The notes under the pieces: generated by a model | The model's input: the letters and a program-made list of their open reading frames with translations, nothing else | What the model was told of the DNA's origin: nothing | The model's database searches: none | Part shown: in pieces, positions 19,805-30,144 of the stretch | How positions within the stretch are numbered: position 1 is the first letter of the stretch | How the letters are laid out: each line of letters begins with the position of its first letter | Source of the DNA: Halorussus marinus | GTDB lineage: Archaea; Halobacteriota; Halobacteria; Halobacteriales; Haladaptataceae | DNA length: 64,000 bases | Assembly: GCF_004765795.1 (NCBI RefSeq) | Contig: NZ_SBIV01000001.1 | Coordinates: forward strand, 248,001-312,000 | Direction: 5' to 3' | Made by a program: the position numbers and the translations under genes

Positions 19805-20002
19805 CCGTCAGGAAGGGGGCGACGGTGTAGTGGTATCGGGATACGAGCCCGGTCCAGCACGGTCTCCCGTGCCGTCAGTTACCGCCTACCGCGGAGACGG
19901 CATAAGCGCGCCTATCGAACAGACGTCGCTGTCAGCGCCTCTTTGCCCGGCGGCGCATTCCGAACCGACGCGACTTTTTCCCGACTCCCCGAAGGTGAGC
20001 GC

Positions 20003-20734
20003 ATGGACGCACTCGGCGACCTCGTGACTCGCGACCGTCGAAGCGACGACCCGGCGCTCTCGGCGCCCCGCGAGCGCCGCGCCTACGACTACCGGCGGTT
20101 CTGCACCACCGCGTGGAAGACGGGCAATTTCTGGCGGCGCAGAGGTCTCCACGCCGACGCGACCGTCGCTGTCGCCGACGACCCCGAGCCAGAGGCCGTC
20201 TTCGCCTTCCTCGGAGCGGCCCTGCTCGGCGCCCGGACCCGGTTCGGCGCGCCCGGCGAGGTCGACGCCCGGATCGGGGTCGCGCCCCGCGGGGCCGTCG
20301 ACGGCTACGACCTCCCGCCGGGCGGCCAGCGGGTCGCCTACGCCGGCCCGCCCGACGATCCGTCGGTCGCGCACTTCGAGCGCGACGTCTGGAGCGAGAA
20401 CCCGGCGTTCCCCGAGACGCCCGTCGACCCCGAGTCGGTCGCGCTCGTCGCCGCCGATGGAGACGACGCCCCCGACCGCGAGTACTCCCACGCCGACCTC
20501 CTGTCTGCGGCCCGGACGGTCGCCGACGACTGGGGGATCGGGCCTGGCGACGAGGTGGCGGTCCGCGCGCCGCTGGCCGACCCCGGAGCGATCGCCGCAG
20601 GCGTGGTCGCGCCGCTGGTCGCGGGTGCGGCGATACTGTTGCCCGACGACGAAGCCGTCGGCGACTACGCGGTCGTCGAGGACGGGGGCGACCCGCCCGA
20701 GTCTCGGACGGTCGCGGCGTCGACTGTGACGTAA
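20003..20734 (+). CDS. Truncated AMP-binding (ANL)-like protein, TIGR03089-like
   Basis: YDYRRFCTTAWKTGN and WSENPAFP; resembles an ANL N-terminus without the full adenylation motifs. Confidence 0.65.
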   Translation: MDALGDLVTRDRRSDDPALSAPRERRAYDYRRFCTTAWKTGNFWRRRGLHADATVAVADDPEPEAVFAFLGAALLGARTRFGAPGEVDARIGVAPRGAVDGYDLPPGGQRVAYAGPPDDPSVAHFERDVWSENPAFPETPVDPESVALVAADGDDAPDREYSHADLLSAARTVADDWGIGPGDEVAVRAPLADPGAIAAGVVAPLVAGAAILLPDDEAVGDYAVVEDGGDPPESRTVAASTVT

Positions 20735-20795
20735 GCCCGACCGACGTGGCCGATCGCGGGTCCGGAGCCGATGGGACGGTAGAAGCGGTAACCGC

Positions 20796-22778
20796 TCACC
20801 GCGCGTCTTCGAGTCGGTCGAGCGCCTCGGGGTTCTCGATGCTGGACATGTCGCCCAGATCCTCGCCGGTGTAGGTCGCCTCGATCGCCCGCCGGATGAT
20901 CTTCCCCGACTGGGTCTTGGGGAACTCCGAGACGAAAAGCACCTCGCGGGGCCGGAACGGCTTGCCGAGTTCCGTGCCGACCTGCGCGCGGAGTTCCTCG
21001 CGGAGGTCGTCGCCAGCCTCGTAGCCGTCTTCGAGGATGACGTAGGTCACCACCGCCTGCCCCGTGGTGTCGTCGGGGACGCCGACGGCGGCGGCCTGAT
21101 TCACCGCGTCGTGGTCGATGAGCGCGCCCTCGACCTCTGCGGGCCCGACCTTCCGGCCCGCGACGTTGATGGCGTCGTCGGCCCGGCCGTGGAGGAACCA
21201 GAAGCCGTCCTCGTCCTTCTGGGCCCAGTCGCCGTGGTCCCACATGTCCTCGAACGTCGACCAGTACTCCTCGAGGTAACGCTCGTCGTCCTGCCAGAGT
21301 CCCTTGGTCATCGACGGCGCGGAGTCCCGGGCGACGAGGAACCCCCGCTCGTGGGTGTCGGCGATCGACTCGCCCTGCGAGTCGACGATGTCGACGTCCA
21401 TCCCGAGCCCGGGTCCGCCGAGCGTGCAGGGCTTGAGCGGCTGGATCGGCATCGGCATCAGGAAACAACCACAGATCTCGGTCCCGCCCGAGATGTTGAT
21501 GATCGGCGCCTCCCCGCCCCCGACGTGCTCGTAGAACCACTGCCAGCTCTCGGGGTCCCACGGCTCGCCGGTCGAGCCAAGCAGGCGGAGGCTGGAGAGG
21601 TCGTGGCCCTCCAGCCACTCGTCGCCGTACTTGCGGAGCGCGCGGATCGCGGTCGGCGAGATGCCGAACGTCGAGATCGAGTGGCGGTCGATCATCTCCC
21701 AGAAGCGGTCGGGCTCGGGGTGGTCGGGCGCCCCCTCGTACATGAAGACCGTGCCGGCGTGGGCGTGGTTGCCGATGAGCGTCCACGGCCCCATCATCCA
21801 CCCGATGTCGCTGACCCAGAAAAAGCGGTCGCTTGGCTTGTGGTCGAAGCCGAAGTAGATCTCCTTGGCACACTGGACGAGCTGGCCGGCGTGAGTCTGG
21901 ACGGTGCCCTTCGGCTTGCCCGTCGTGCCTGAAGTGTAGAGGATCATCGACTCGTCGCGGGCGTCCATCGGGACGGTGTCGTACTCGTCGCTCCGGGTCT
22001 CGACCGCCTCGTCCCACCACTCGTCGCGGTCGTCGTGCCACGGGACGGCCGAGTCGGCGGCCCCTCGGGAGCCGAACCGATCGTAGACGATGGTGTGCTC
22101 GACGTGACCCGCCGCCTCGATGGCCTCGTCTGCGGTTCCCTTCAGCCTGACCTCGCTCCCCCGCCGATAGAAGCCGTCGGCGGTGAACAACACCGAACAC
22201 TCGGGGTCCTCGATGCGGGTCGCGGTCGCCTCGACGCCGAACCCCGAGAAGATAGGGACGACGATGGCGCCGACCTTGAACGCGCCGTAGAGGATCGAGA
22301 TGACCTCCGGGACCATCGGCATGTAGAGACCCACCGCATCGCCTTTCTCGACGCCGCGGGCTTCGAGCGCGTTGGCGACCTTGTTCGACTGGCGGGCCAG
22401 CTCGTGGAACGTGACCTCGCGGACCTCGCCGTCCTCGCCCTCCCAGATGCAGGCGACCTTGTTTCGGGTCTCGGCGTCGGGGGCGGCGTGGCGGTCGACC
22501 GCGTTGTGGGCGATGTTGATCTCCCCGCCCTCGTACCACTCCGAGAACTGAGGCCCGTCGGCGTCGCCCCGGACCGCCTCGTAGGGCTCGTAGAAGTCGA
22601 TGTCGAGGTAGTCGACCATCTCGTCCCAGAACCACTCCACGTCCCCCGTGGTCCGCTCGACGAGTTCGTCGTAGTCGTCGATGTCGTACTCCTGCATGAA
22701 CTGGTAGACGTTGGTCGACTCCACGAACTCCTCGGACGGTTCGTGGACGACCTCGTCGACGTCTTCGAGCGTATCCAT
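20796..22778 (-). CDS. acs: Acyl-/acetyl-CoA synthetase (AMP-forming)
   Basis: YTSGTTGKPKG, SGGTE, GRADD, PKTQSGKIIRR. Confidence 0.9.
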   Translation of the reverse strand: MDTLEDVDEVVHEPSEEFVESTNVYQFMQEYDIDDYDELVERTTGDVEWFWDEMVDYLDIDFYEPYEAVRGDADGPQFSEWYEGGEINIAHNAVDRHAAPDAETRNKVACIWEGEDGEVREVTFHELARQSNKVANALEARGVEKGDAVGLYMPMVPEVISILYGAFKVGAIVVPIFSGFGVEATATRIEDPECSVLFTADGFYRRGSEVRLKGTADEAIEAAGHVEHTIVYDRFGSRGAADSAVPWHDDRDEWWDEAVETRSDEYDTVPMDARDESMILYTSGTTGKPKGTVQTHAGQLVQCAKEIYFGFDHKPSDRFFWVSDIGWMMGPWTLIGNHAHAGTVFMYEGAPDHPEPDRFWEMIDRHSISTFGISPTAIRALRKYGDEWLEGHDLSSLRLLGSTGEPWDPESWQWFYEHVGGGEAPIINISGGTEICGCFLMPMPIQPLKPCTLGGPGLGMDVDIVDSQGESIADTHERGFLVARDSAPSMTKGLWQDDERYLEEYWSTFEDMWDHGDWAQKDEDGFWFLHGRADDAINVAGRKVGPAEVEGALIDHDAVNQAAAVGVPDDTTGQAVVTYVILEDGYEAGDDLREELRAQVGTELGKPFRPREVLFVSEFPKTQSGKIIRRAIEATYTGEDLGDMSSIENPEALDRLEDAR

Positions 22779-22845
22779 AGATGCCACCGTACGCGACACG
22801 TTGTCGGGGTCTGCCAAGTAAGTTGCGCGACCGCTCGTCCGGGCG

Positions 22846-23703
22846 CTATCGCCGCGGGAGATGGGCGTCGAGCACCGCCCTCACGGCCGCCACGTCGTCG
22901 ATCTCCTCGGGGTCGAGCCGCAGGTCACGCAGGCCCCACGGCGACCACCCGGCACGCCTGACCCGGAGCTCGTCGTCGGTCAGCGAGTAGCTCTCGAACC
23001 TCGACCACGGCCGGACGCGCTTGTGGACCGGCGTGCCGACCCGGACGCCGGCGTCGGCGACCACGTACGTTCGCTCGGCGACCGCGCCCGACAGTCCGGC
23101 GCCGCCGGCGATCATGAGGTGAAAGAGCCACCGGAGCGATTCGAAGCCGGCGACGATCGAGGCGGCGAACCCGACCGTGCCGCCGAGCATGAGCGCCCCG
23201 ACGGCCCACTTTGCGAGCCGACGGTCCCGCTCGGGGCCCGTGGTGCTGAAGCGGACCCGACGCTCCGAGCCCGCGAGCACGGCCTTCGCGTGGCGATTGT
23301 GCGCGGCGAGCACGAGACCGGTCCCGCCGACCAGTCCGCCGACCGCCCCGAGTAGCGCGAGCCCGACCGCGATCCCCGAGGCCGGCCCCTCGACCCCGGT
23401 CGCGGCGAGCACGCCGCCGCCGTACGCGAGGCCGGCGGCCGGCGCGAGCCACGCCCACCGGGTCGAACCGAGCCGGACCGCGACGGCCTCGCGGCCGGCC
23501 GCCCGCCACCCGACCGCGACCCCGGCGGTGCCGACCCCGAGGAAGGTGAAAAAGAGGACGCCGGCCTCCGTGGTCGCGGTGACCGCGACGCCGACGGTCG
23601 CGACTGGCGCGAGGAGGGCGGCGACGTACAGCCCGACGACGAAGCCGAAAAACGAGTCGGGCTCGTCGGCCGGGACGTCTCGGTGTGCGTCGACGGTCGC
23701 CAT
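22846..23703 (-). CDS. Multi-pass membrane hypothetical protein
   Basis: About 6 hydrophobic segments plus a soluble C-terminal domain. Confidence 0.7.
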   Translation of the reverse strand: MATVDAHRDVPADEPDSFFGFVVGLYVAALLAPVATVGVAVTATTEAGVLFFTFLGVGTAGVAVGWRAAGREAVAVRLGSTRWAWLAPAAGLAYGGGVLAATGVEGPASGIAVGLALLGAVGGLVGGTGLVLAAHNRHAKAVLAGSERRVRFSTTGPERDRRLAKWAVGALMLGGTVGFAASIVAGFESLRWLFHLMIAGGAGLSGAVAERTYVVADAGVRVGTPVHKRVRPWSRFESYSLTDDELRVRRAGWSPWGLRDLRLDPEEIDDVAAVRAVLDAHLPRR

Positions 23704-23743
23704 TCAGTTGGCGTTTTGATGCCTCGGTCCAAAAGGGTTCGGC

Positions 23744-24697
23744 TCACGCCCACTCGACGCCCAGCCCCTCGTGGATCACGAACTCCAGCGCGTTGATGAG
23801 GTAGTGGGCGACCACCACTACGAGGAGGCTCCCCGTGAGGACGAACGCCGCCGCCAGCGCGAACCCGAGCACGCCGGTCACTGCCACGCCGCCGGGGCCC
23901 TGAGCGCCGTGGCCGACCGCGAACGCGACCGAGGAGGCGATCGCCAGTGCCCACGGCGAGACGCCGAAACCGGCGGCGAACGCGCCCACGAGCGCCGCCC
24001 GGAACAACAGCTCCTCGAACCCCGCGATGATGGGCAAGACGACCCCGAGCAACACCGCCCACCCCCGGAGGGTCTCGGGCGCGAGGTGGGCCCGGAGGCT
24101 CTCGGAGTAATCGACCCCGGTCGAGTCGAGCACCGACGCGCTCAGTTCGTTGGCGACGTAGAGCGCGACGCCGACCGCCGCCCCGGCCGCGAGCGCCGGC
24201 GGGCCGACGCTCCACGGATCGCCGACCGCCACGCCGAGGTCTGCGGGCGGGATCGACGCGAACCACGCCGCCCCGATCACGACGACGCCGAAAAAGCCCT
24301 GACTCACGGCGACGTTCGCCAACAGCGCGCCGGTCGACAGCGCGTCGGCGGCCGGCGACCGCCGGGCGTCGACCTCGGCGCCGTTCGGCCCCCACGGGCC
24401 GTCGCCGGGGGTGTCCTCGTCGCGTGCGCGCGCCGATTTCGCCGGGTCGTCCTCGACGGTCACGCCCGGCGGGTCGTTCCACCCGTCGCTCGCGCCCGCC
24501 CGTCGCTCGATCCGGGCCGCGCCGGTCGCGGGCGTCTCCGGGCGGGGCTCGCCGTCGCGGTCCGGGGACCGGTCGCGGTCGTCCCCGCCGTCGGGGTCGT
24601 CGAACATCGCGGCCGAGGCCCGCGCGAGGAGGACGAGTAGCCCGAGAACGAGCATGGTGACCGCGGCGAACGACTCGTACTGGGGCGGTGTCGCCAT
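23744..24697 (-). CDS. CPBP (Abi/CAAX) family intramembrane metalloprotease
   Basis: EELLFRA, FAVGH, AHYLIN motifs. Confidence 0.9.
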   Translation of the reverse strand: MATPPQYESFAAVTMLVLGLLVLLARASAAMFDDPDGGDDRDRSPDRDGEPRPETPATGAARIERRAGASDGWNDPPGVTVEDDPAKSARARDEDTPGDGPWGPNGAEVDARRSPAADALSTGALLANVAVSQGFFGVVVIGAAWFASIPPADLGVAVGDPWSVGPPALAAGAAVGVALYVANELSASVLDSTGVDYSESLRAHLAPETLRGWAVLLGVVLPIIAGFEELLFRAALVGAFAAGFGVSPWALAIASSVAFAVGHGAQGPGGVAVTGVLGFALAAAFVLTGSLLVVVVAHYLINALEFVIHEGLGVEWA

Positions 24698-24859
24698 CGG
24701 GCGTGTCTACGCACCCCGCCGGCAAAAATCGGTGCCCTCCGGACGCGTCGGTTCGGGCGGCGTCGAGGGCAGACGACGGATTGCTCCCCGCTTTCCAATC
24801 TACAGCGTTACGCGACGAGCGCCGAGAGGCGGAAATCAGCGACAGCGCGCCGAAGACCC

Positions 24860-24971
24860 GCACACGAGCGAGTGGACCAAGCGACGACCGAAGCGGAGGG
24901 AAGAGCCCAGCGTTTTTGTCGACGTTTTGCGAGCGGGCGCCGTTTAGGGCGCGAGCGTAGCAAAAGGCCGT
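24860..24971 (+). repeat. Dispersed palindromic repeat, copy C (diverged)
   Basis: gagcgagtggacc...gtttttgtcgacgttttgcgagc...gcgtagcaaaaggccg; abuts the dnaJ stop codon. Confidence 0.75.
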
Positions 24972-26135
24972 CTAGAAGGTGTTTTTGATCTTCTCGAAGA
25001 AGCCCTGCTCGACGTCGACCTCCTCGCCGCCGGCCTCGGCGAACTGTTCGAGCGCCTCGCGCTGTTCGTCGTTGAGGCTCTCGGGGGTGACGACCTGAAC
25101 CTGCACGTAGAGGTCGCCGTGACCGCGCCGCCGGAGTCGGGGCATTCCCTTGCCCTGCAGGCGGAACGTCTCGCCGCTCTGGGTGCCCGCGGGCACGTCC
25201 ATCTCGACTGTGCCGTCGAGAGTCGGCACCGCGACGGTGTCGCCGAACGTGGCCTGCGGGAACGAGATGGCGTGTTGGTGGTGGAGGTCGTCGTCCTCGC
25301 GCTCGAAATCGGGGTGGTCCTCGACGTCGATTTCGATCAGGAGGTCGCCTTTCGGCCCGCGGTTCTCGCCGGGCGCGCCCTCGCCTTCCATCTGGAGGGT
25401 CTGGCCGGTCTGGATGCCGGCGGGCACCTCGACCGAGAGGGTGGCCTCGCGGTCGACCACGCCGTCGCCGGCGCAGTCCGAACACGTCTCGTCGTAGATT
25501 TCGCCCTCGCCGCCACAGTGCCGACAGGTCTGGGTCTGCTGGACCCGCCCGAGCGGGGTCTGCTGGACCTGCGTGACCTGCCCGCGGCCGTTGCACTCCG
25601 GACAGGTCCGGGAGTCGGTCCCCGGCGGGTGGCCGTCCCCGTCGCAGGTGTCACACCGCTCGGGTCGCCGGACGGTGACCTGCTTTTGGACGCCCTCGTA
25701 GGCCTCTTCGAGCGTGATCGAGAGCCGGGTCCGGAGGTCCTGGCCCTTCTGCGGGCGGTTCGACCGCTGACCGCGGCCGCCGCCCCCGAAGAACTGCTCG
25801 AAGATGTCGCCCATGCCGCCCTGTCCGCCCATCCCGCCGAAGGGACCCTGTCCGCCCATCCCGCCGGCGCCCGCCCCGCCGGGGCCGCCGTCGAAGCCGC
25901 CGCGCTTCTGGGCCTGCTCGAAGCGCTCGTGGCCCATCTGGTCGTACGCTTGGCGCTTCTCCTCGTCGGTCAGCACCTCCTTTGCCTTCTGAAGCTTCTT
26001 GAACTTCTCCTCGGCGTTCGGGTCGTCGCTCACGTCGGGGTGGTAGTCGGTCGCCTTCTCGCGGTAGGCCGATTTGATCTCGTCCTGGTCGGCGTCCCTA
26101 CTCACGCCGAGTATGTCGTAGAAGTCCTCGCTCAT
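24972..26135 (-). CDS. dnaJ: Chaperone DnaJ
   Basis: HPD J-domain, G/F region, four CxxCxGxG repeats. Confidence 0.98.
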   Translation of the reverse strand: MSEDFYDILGVSRDADQDEIKSAYREKATDYHPDVSDDPNAEEKFKKLQKAKEVLTDEEKRQAYDQMGHERFEQAQKRGGFDGGPGGAGAGGMGGQGPFGGMGGQGGMGDIFEQFFGGGGRGQRSNRPQKGQDLRTRLSITLEEAYEGVQKQVTVRRPERCDTCDGDGHPPGTDSRTCPECNGRGQVTQVQQTPLGRVQQTQTCRHCGGEGEIYDETCSDCAGDGVVDREATLSVEVPAGIQTGQTLQMEGEGAPGENRGPKGDLLIEIDVEDHPDFEREDDDLHHQHAISFPQATFGDTVAVPTLDGTVEMDVPAGTQSGETFRLQGKGMPRLRRRGHGDLYVQVQVVTPESLNDEQREALEQFAEAGGEEVDVEQGFFEKIKNTF

Positions 26136-26224
26136 TGGTTGTCAGTCGGTAAAAGTCGGAGTCACTTCAAGGGTCCGTTGGCGCGATGCCCGCGCGGTCG
26201 GATTCGCACTCGCCCGGAGACGGC

Positions 26225-26340
26225 TTACTCTTCGTCGTCCTCTCCGGGAGGCTCGCTACCGCTCGCTTCCCGAGATGCCGAAAGACTCGCTACGCTCGTC
26301 TTTCGAGTCGACGAAAGCGACTCACTCTTCGTCGTCCTCT
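26225..26340 (-). repeat. Tandem hairpin element flanked by a direct repeat of the dnaK 3' end
   Basis: t(t/c)actcttcgtcgtcctct at 26225 and 26322; hairpins with tcgcta(c)cgctc loops lie between. Confidence 0.8.
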
Positions 26341-28241
26341 TCGACGTCCTCGAAGTCGGCGTCGACGTACTCGTCGTCGCCCGGTTCCGCGCCGCCCGCG
26401 CCGCCGGGTCCGGCCTGTCCGCCCATGCCGCCCGGTCCGGCGCCAGCGCCCGCGCCCGGACCGGCGCCGGCTCCGGCACCGCCCGCGCCGGCCTGGGCCT
26501 GCTGTTGGTACATCTGCTTGCCGATCTCCTGAAGCTCCTCGGAGAGGGACTCGGTGGCGTCTTCGAGTTCCTCCTTGGAGGCGTCCTCGTCGGCCAGCAC
26601 TTCCTGGACCGCCTCGATCTCGGCCTCGATGGTCTCGCGGAGGTCGTCGTCGACGTTCTCCTCGTTCTCCTCGAGGAGCGTCTCGGCGCGCTGGACCGCG
26701 CTCTCGGCCTCGTTGCGGGCCTCGATGCGCTCGCGGCGCTGCTGGTCTTCCTCGGCGTGCTGTTCGGCCTCCTGTTGCATCTCCTCGATCTCATCGTCCG
26801 AGAGGCCGGCGCCGCCCTCGATGGTGATCTCCTCGGAGTTCCCCGAGCCCTGATCCTCGGCGGAGACGTTGACGATGCCGTTCTCGTCGATGTTGAACCC
26901 GACCTCGATCTGCGGGGTGCCGGCGGGCGCGGGCGGGATGCCCGTCAGCTGGAACTCCCCGAGCAGTTCGTTCTCCTCGGCGATCTCGCGCTCGCCCTGG
27001 AACACCCGGACCTGCACCGACGTCTGGTTGTCCGCGGCCGTGGTGAACACCTTCGACTCCTCGGTCGGGATCGTGGTGTTTTTGTCGATGAGCCGCTCGA
27101 ACAGGCCGCCCTTGACCTCGATGCCGAGGCTGAGCGGCGTCACGTCGAGCAACACGATGTCGTCGACGTCGCCCGACAGGACCCCGCCCTGGATCGCCGC
27201 GCCGAGCGCGACGGCCTCGTCGGGGTTGACGTTCTTCTTGGGCTCCTGGCCGGTCATCTCCTCGACCTTCTCTTGGACCTGGGGCATCCGGGTCGAGCCG
27301 CCGACGAGGATGACCTCGTCGATGTCGCCCTTGTCGTAGCCCGCGTCGTCGAGCGCTTGCTCGGTCGGGTCGACGGTGCGGTCGATGAGGTCGCTGGTGA
27401 GGCTCTCGAACTTCGCGCGGGTCAGGCTGTCCTCGAGGTGGACCGGGCCGTCGTCGGTCGCCGTGATGAACGGGAGGTTGACGTCGGCCTCCTTCCGGGA
27501 GGAGAGTTCGATCTTGGCTTCCTCGGCGGCGTCCTTGAGCCGCTGGAGGGCTTGGCGGTCCTCCCGGAGGTCGATGCCGTGGTCGTTCTCGAACTCGTCG
27601 GCGAGGTGGTCGATGATCGCTTCGTCCCAGTCGTCGCCCCCGAGGTCGTTGTCACCGTTGGTGGCGACGACCTCGTAGACGCCCCCGCCGAGATCGAGGA
27701 TCGAGACGTCGAAGGTACCCCCGCCGAGGTCGTAGACTAAGACCGTCTGGTCGGACTCGTCGTCGAGGCCGTAGGCCATCGAGGCCGCGGTCGGCTCGTT
27801 GACGATGCGCTCGACCTCGAAGCCGGCGATCTCGCCGGCGTCTTTGGTCGCCTGGCGTTGCTTGTCGTTGAAGTACGCGGGGACGGTGATGACCGCTTTC
27901 TCGACGTCGTCGCCGAGGTACTCCTCGGCGTCGCGCTTGATCTTCTGGAGGATCATCGCCGAGATCTGCTCGGGGGTGTACTCCTCGCCGTCGATCTCGA
28001 CGGTGTAGTCGTCCTCGCCCATGTGGCGCTTGATCGACTGGATCGTGCGCTCGGGGTTCTGGACGGCCTGATTCTTCGCCGGCTTGCCGACGAGGCGCTC
28101 GCCGTCGTCGAACGCGACGACCGAGGGCGTGGTGCGGTCACCCTCGCCGTTGACGATGATCTCCGGGTCGGCGCCCTCCATGACCGCGAACGCGCTGTTC
28201 GTGGTACCGAGGTCGATGCCCAGAATTTTGTTGCTCGCCAT
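26322..28241 (-). CDS. dnaK: Chaperone DnaK (Hsp70)
   Basis: [26 protein letters not shown]. Confidence 0.99.
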   Translation of the reverse strand: MASNKILGIDLGTTNSAFAVMEGADPEIIVNGEGDRTTPSVVAFDDGERLVGKPAKNQAVQNPERTIQSIKRHMGEDDYTVEIDGEEYTPEQISAMILQKIKRDAEEYLGDDVEKAVITVPAYFNDKQRQATKDAGEIAGFEVERIVNEPTAASMAYGLDDESDQTVLVYDLGGGTFDVSILDLGGGVYEVVATNGDNDLGGDDWDEAIIDHLADEFENDHGIDLREDRQALQRLKDAAEEAKIELSSRKEADVNLPFITATDDGPVHLEDSLTRAKFESLTSDLIDRTVDPTEQALDDAGYDKGDIDEVILVGGSTRMPQVQEKVEEMTGQEPKKNVNPDEAVALGAAIQGGVLSGDVDDIVLLDVTPLSLGIEVKGGLFERLIDKNTTIPTEESKVFTTAADNQTSVQVRVFQGEREIAEENELLGEFQLTGIPPAPAGTPQIEVGFNIDENGIVNVSAEDQGSGNSEEITIEGGAGLSDDEIEEMQQEAEQHAEEDQQRRERIEARNEAESAVQRAETLLEENEENVDDDLRETIEAEIEAVQEVLADEDASKEELEDATESLSEELQEIGKQMYQQQAQAGAGGAGAGAGPGAGAGAGPGGMGGQAGPGGAGGAEPGDDEYVDADFEDVEEDDEE

Positions 28242-28411
28242 CTTGTTCGATACGTTGCGGATTCTTCCGTTTAAGCCTTGCTAGTCCGGGCGTTCGAGGG
28301 CGCAGAACGATCCGGACGCTGTCTTGCGGTTTCGCCGCTCACCGTGGTCGAGAATCGCATACTTATATATCCGACCGCAATTGTACTGGTCGTCCGGCGG
28401 GCCGCCCCGAC

Positions 28412-29074
28412 TCACTCCTCGGCGTCGCCGGCCTCGCTGACCGTGACCTGCGCCGGCCGCAACACCTTCTCGCCCATCTCGTAGCCGGGCTGGTAGACGT
28501 CCGCGACGGTGCCCGGGGGTCGGTCGCTCTCGACTCTCATCATCACCTCGTGGCGCTGGGGGTCGGTCTCGGCGCCGGGCTCGGGGTCGATCGGGGTCAC
28601 GTCCTCGTGCTCGAACGCCCGGTCGAGCTCTTTGAGCGTCATCTCGACGCCCTCGCGGAGGCTCTCGACGTCCTCGTGTTCGGAGTCGAGCGCGCGAACG
28701 AGGTTGTCCCGGACGTCGAGGAGGTCGGTCACGAGGTCCTCGGTCGCGGTCGCCTCGATCTGTTCTTGGCGCTTTTTGGCGCGCTTTTTGTAGTTCTGGA
28801 AGTCGGCCTGCTTGCGCTTGAGTCGGCTCTCGAGGTCCTCGGCGCGGTCTTCGGCCTCCTCGCGGGCGGTTTCTAGCTCCGCGAGGTGGGCCTCCAGATC
28901 GGTCGCGAGGTCGGCGTCCTCGACTGCGACCTCGGCCACGAGTCGAGTGCTCTCGGGGGCGAGGGTCCCGTCGCCGTCGGCGCCGTCGGTCGCGCCCGGT
29001 TCGGTCGCCGGCTCCTCGGCGTCCGTCTGCTCGGCGTCCGCGCGCACCTGCTCGGTGGCTTCCTCGTCGGTCAT
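28412..29074 (-). CDS. grpE: Nucleotide exchange factor GrpE
   Basis: ADFQNYKKR, DPQRHE, GYEMGEKVLRPAQVTV. Confidence 0.96.
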   Translation of the reverse strand: MTDEEATEQVRADAEQTDAEEPATEPGATDGADGDGTLAPESTRLVAEVAVEDADLATDLEAHLAELETAREEAEDRAEDLESRLKRKQADFQNYKKRAKKRQEQIEATATEDLVTDLLDVRDNLVRALDSEHEDVESLREGVEMTLKELDRAFEHEDVTPIDPEPGAETDPQRHEVMMRVESDRPPGTVADVYQPGYEMGEKVLRPAQVTVSEAGDAEE

Positions 29075-29118
29075 ACGCGATACAAACGGCCGGGCGCGTT
29101 TAAGGGTTCAGAAACAGG

Positions 29119-29574
29119 TCACTCGCCGGGTCGGCGCCGCTCGAACGCCTCGACCACCTCGTCGCTGGCGTCGAGTTCCGCCAGTTCCGCCTCGACGTCG
29201 ACGTTCTCGAACTTCTGGGCTCCCGCGGGCGTCCTCTTCAGCGTGTTTACGTGGTAGAGGTACGACAGCCGGAGCAGCCAGACCGCGTGGTCGACGTCGC
29301 CCTCGTCTCGGATATAGCGCGTCGTCCACCCCGACTCGGGGACGACGTGGTGCTCGCCCGTCTTCCCCGCCTCGATGAGTCGGTCGCGCAGGCGCTCGGT
29401 GAACGGCACGTCGACGATACCCCAGCGGTGGACGTGGCCGACCTCTCGGGGCCCGACGGTGAACTCCCGCCCCTCGAAGCGGTGTTCGTTGGTGGTGACG
29501 TGGGGCCACGCGGCGACCGTCTCGATGATTCGGTCCACGAGCCGCGCCGCCTCCCGTTGGTCTATGTCCCCCAT
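29119..29574 (-). CDS. DUF5519/'luciferase family' domain protein
   Basis: HRFEGREF...EVGHVH...HHVVPESGW motifs. Confidence 0.75.
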   Translation of the reverse strand: MGDIDQREAARLVDRIIETVAAWPHVTTNEHRFEGREFTVGPREVGHVHRWGIVDVPFTERLRDRLIEAGKTGEHHVVPESGWTTRYIRDEGDVDHAVWLLRLSYLYHVNTLKRTPAGAQKFENVDVEAELAELDASDEVVEAFERRRPGE

Positions 29575-29662
29575 GATCTCTGGTCGGAGACACGGCGTCG
29601 GGAAACTTAACCGCCGTGCCCGTCTGGGGGCCGCCGGGCGAACTCGGCCGACCGCCGGCCGA

Positions 29663-30142
29663 TCACAGCCCCGACAGCGTCTCGGCGACGTCGACCCAGT
29701 GGCTCCCCTTCCAGAAGCACTGGCCACAGGAGGGACACCGCCACACCCGACGCGCCCCGGTCTCGGGCGCGTACGACGGCGTCCGGGCGTCGGCGTCGAC
29801 CTCGACGAGAGCTCCGTTGCACTTCGAACACCGCGCCGGCTCCGAGAGGGCCAGTTCGAACCCCGCCTTCGATAGCTCGCGGAGCTGGTCGATCACCTCA
29901 CGCGACTCGACGAGCAGTCCGTCGGCGCTCGCCGCCAGCTCGGCGTCCCGGGTCACGAGCAGTCGACCCTCGGCGTCGGCGAGGTCGGCCAGCGCGTCGT
30001 CGGCCTCTACCCCTCGGTCGAGGGCGTAGGCCGCGTCGTAGCCCGCCATCCGGAGGTAGGTCGCGAGCGTCCCCAGCATCGCATCGAGCACCACCGCGGT
30101 GTCGGCGGGGGTCCGTTCGGGCGGGTCGGCGTCTCCGGACAC
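29663..30142 (-). CDS. Mut7-C RNase domain protein (PIN-like plus Zn ribbon)
   Basis: DAMLGTLATYLRMAGYD, LLVTRD, RCSKCNG, CPSCGQCFWKGSH; GTG start inferred. Confidence 0.88.
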   Translation of the reverse strand: MSGDADPPERTPADTAVVLDAMLGTLATYLRMAGYDAAYALDRGVEADDALADLADAEGRLLVTRDAELAASADGLLVESREVIDQLRELSKAGFELALSEPARCSKCNGALVEVDADARTPSYAPETGARRVWRCPSCGQCFWKGSHWVDVAETLSGL

Positions 30143-30144
30143 GG

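Noticed and set aside
19815..19880. tRNA-like ggtgtagtggtatc
   Set aside because: Resembles a D-arm, but there is no GTTCRA T-loop, anticodon arm or matching acceptor stem
26225..26794. Extended or read-through DnaK ending in a second EDDEE
   Set aside because: The duplicate tail is 97 nt away, so out of frame, and I saw no slippery site; the ORF is a by-product of the duplication
29119..29574. Bioluminescence gene
   Set aside because: 'Luciferase family' is only a domain label; no luciferin pathway genes are present
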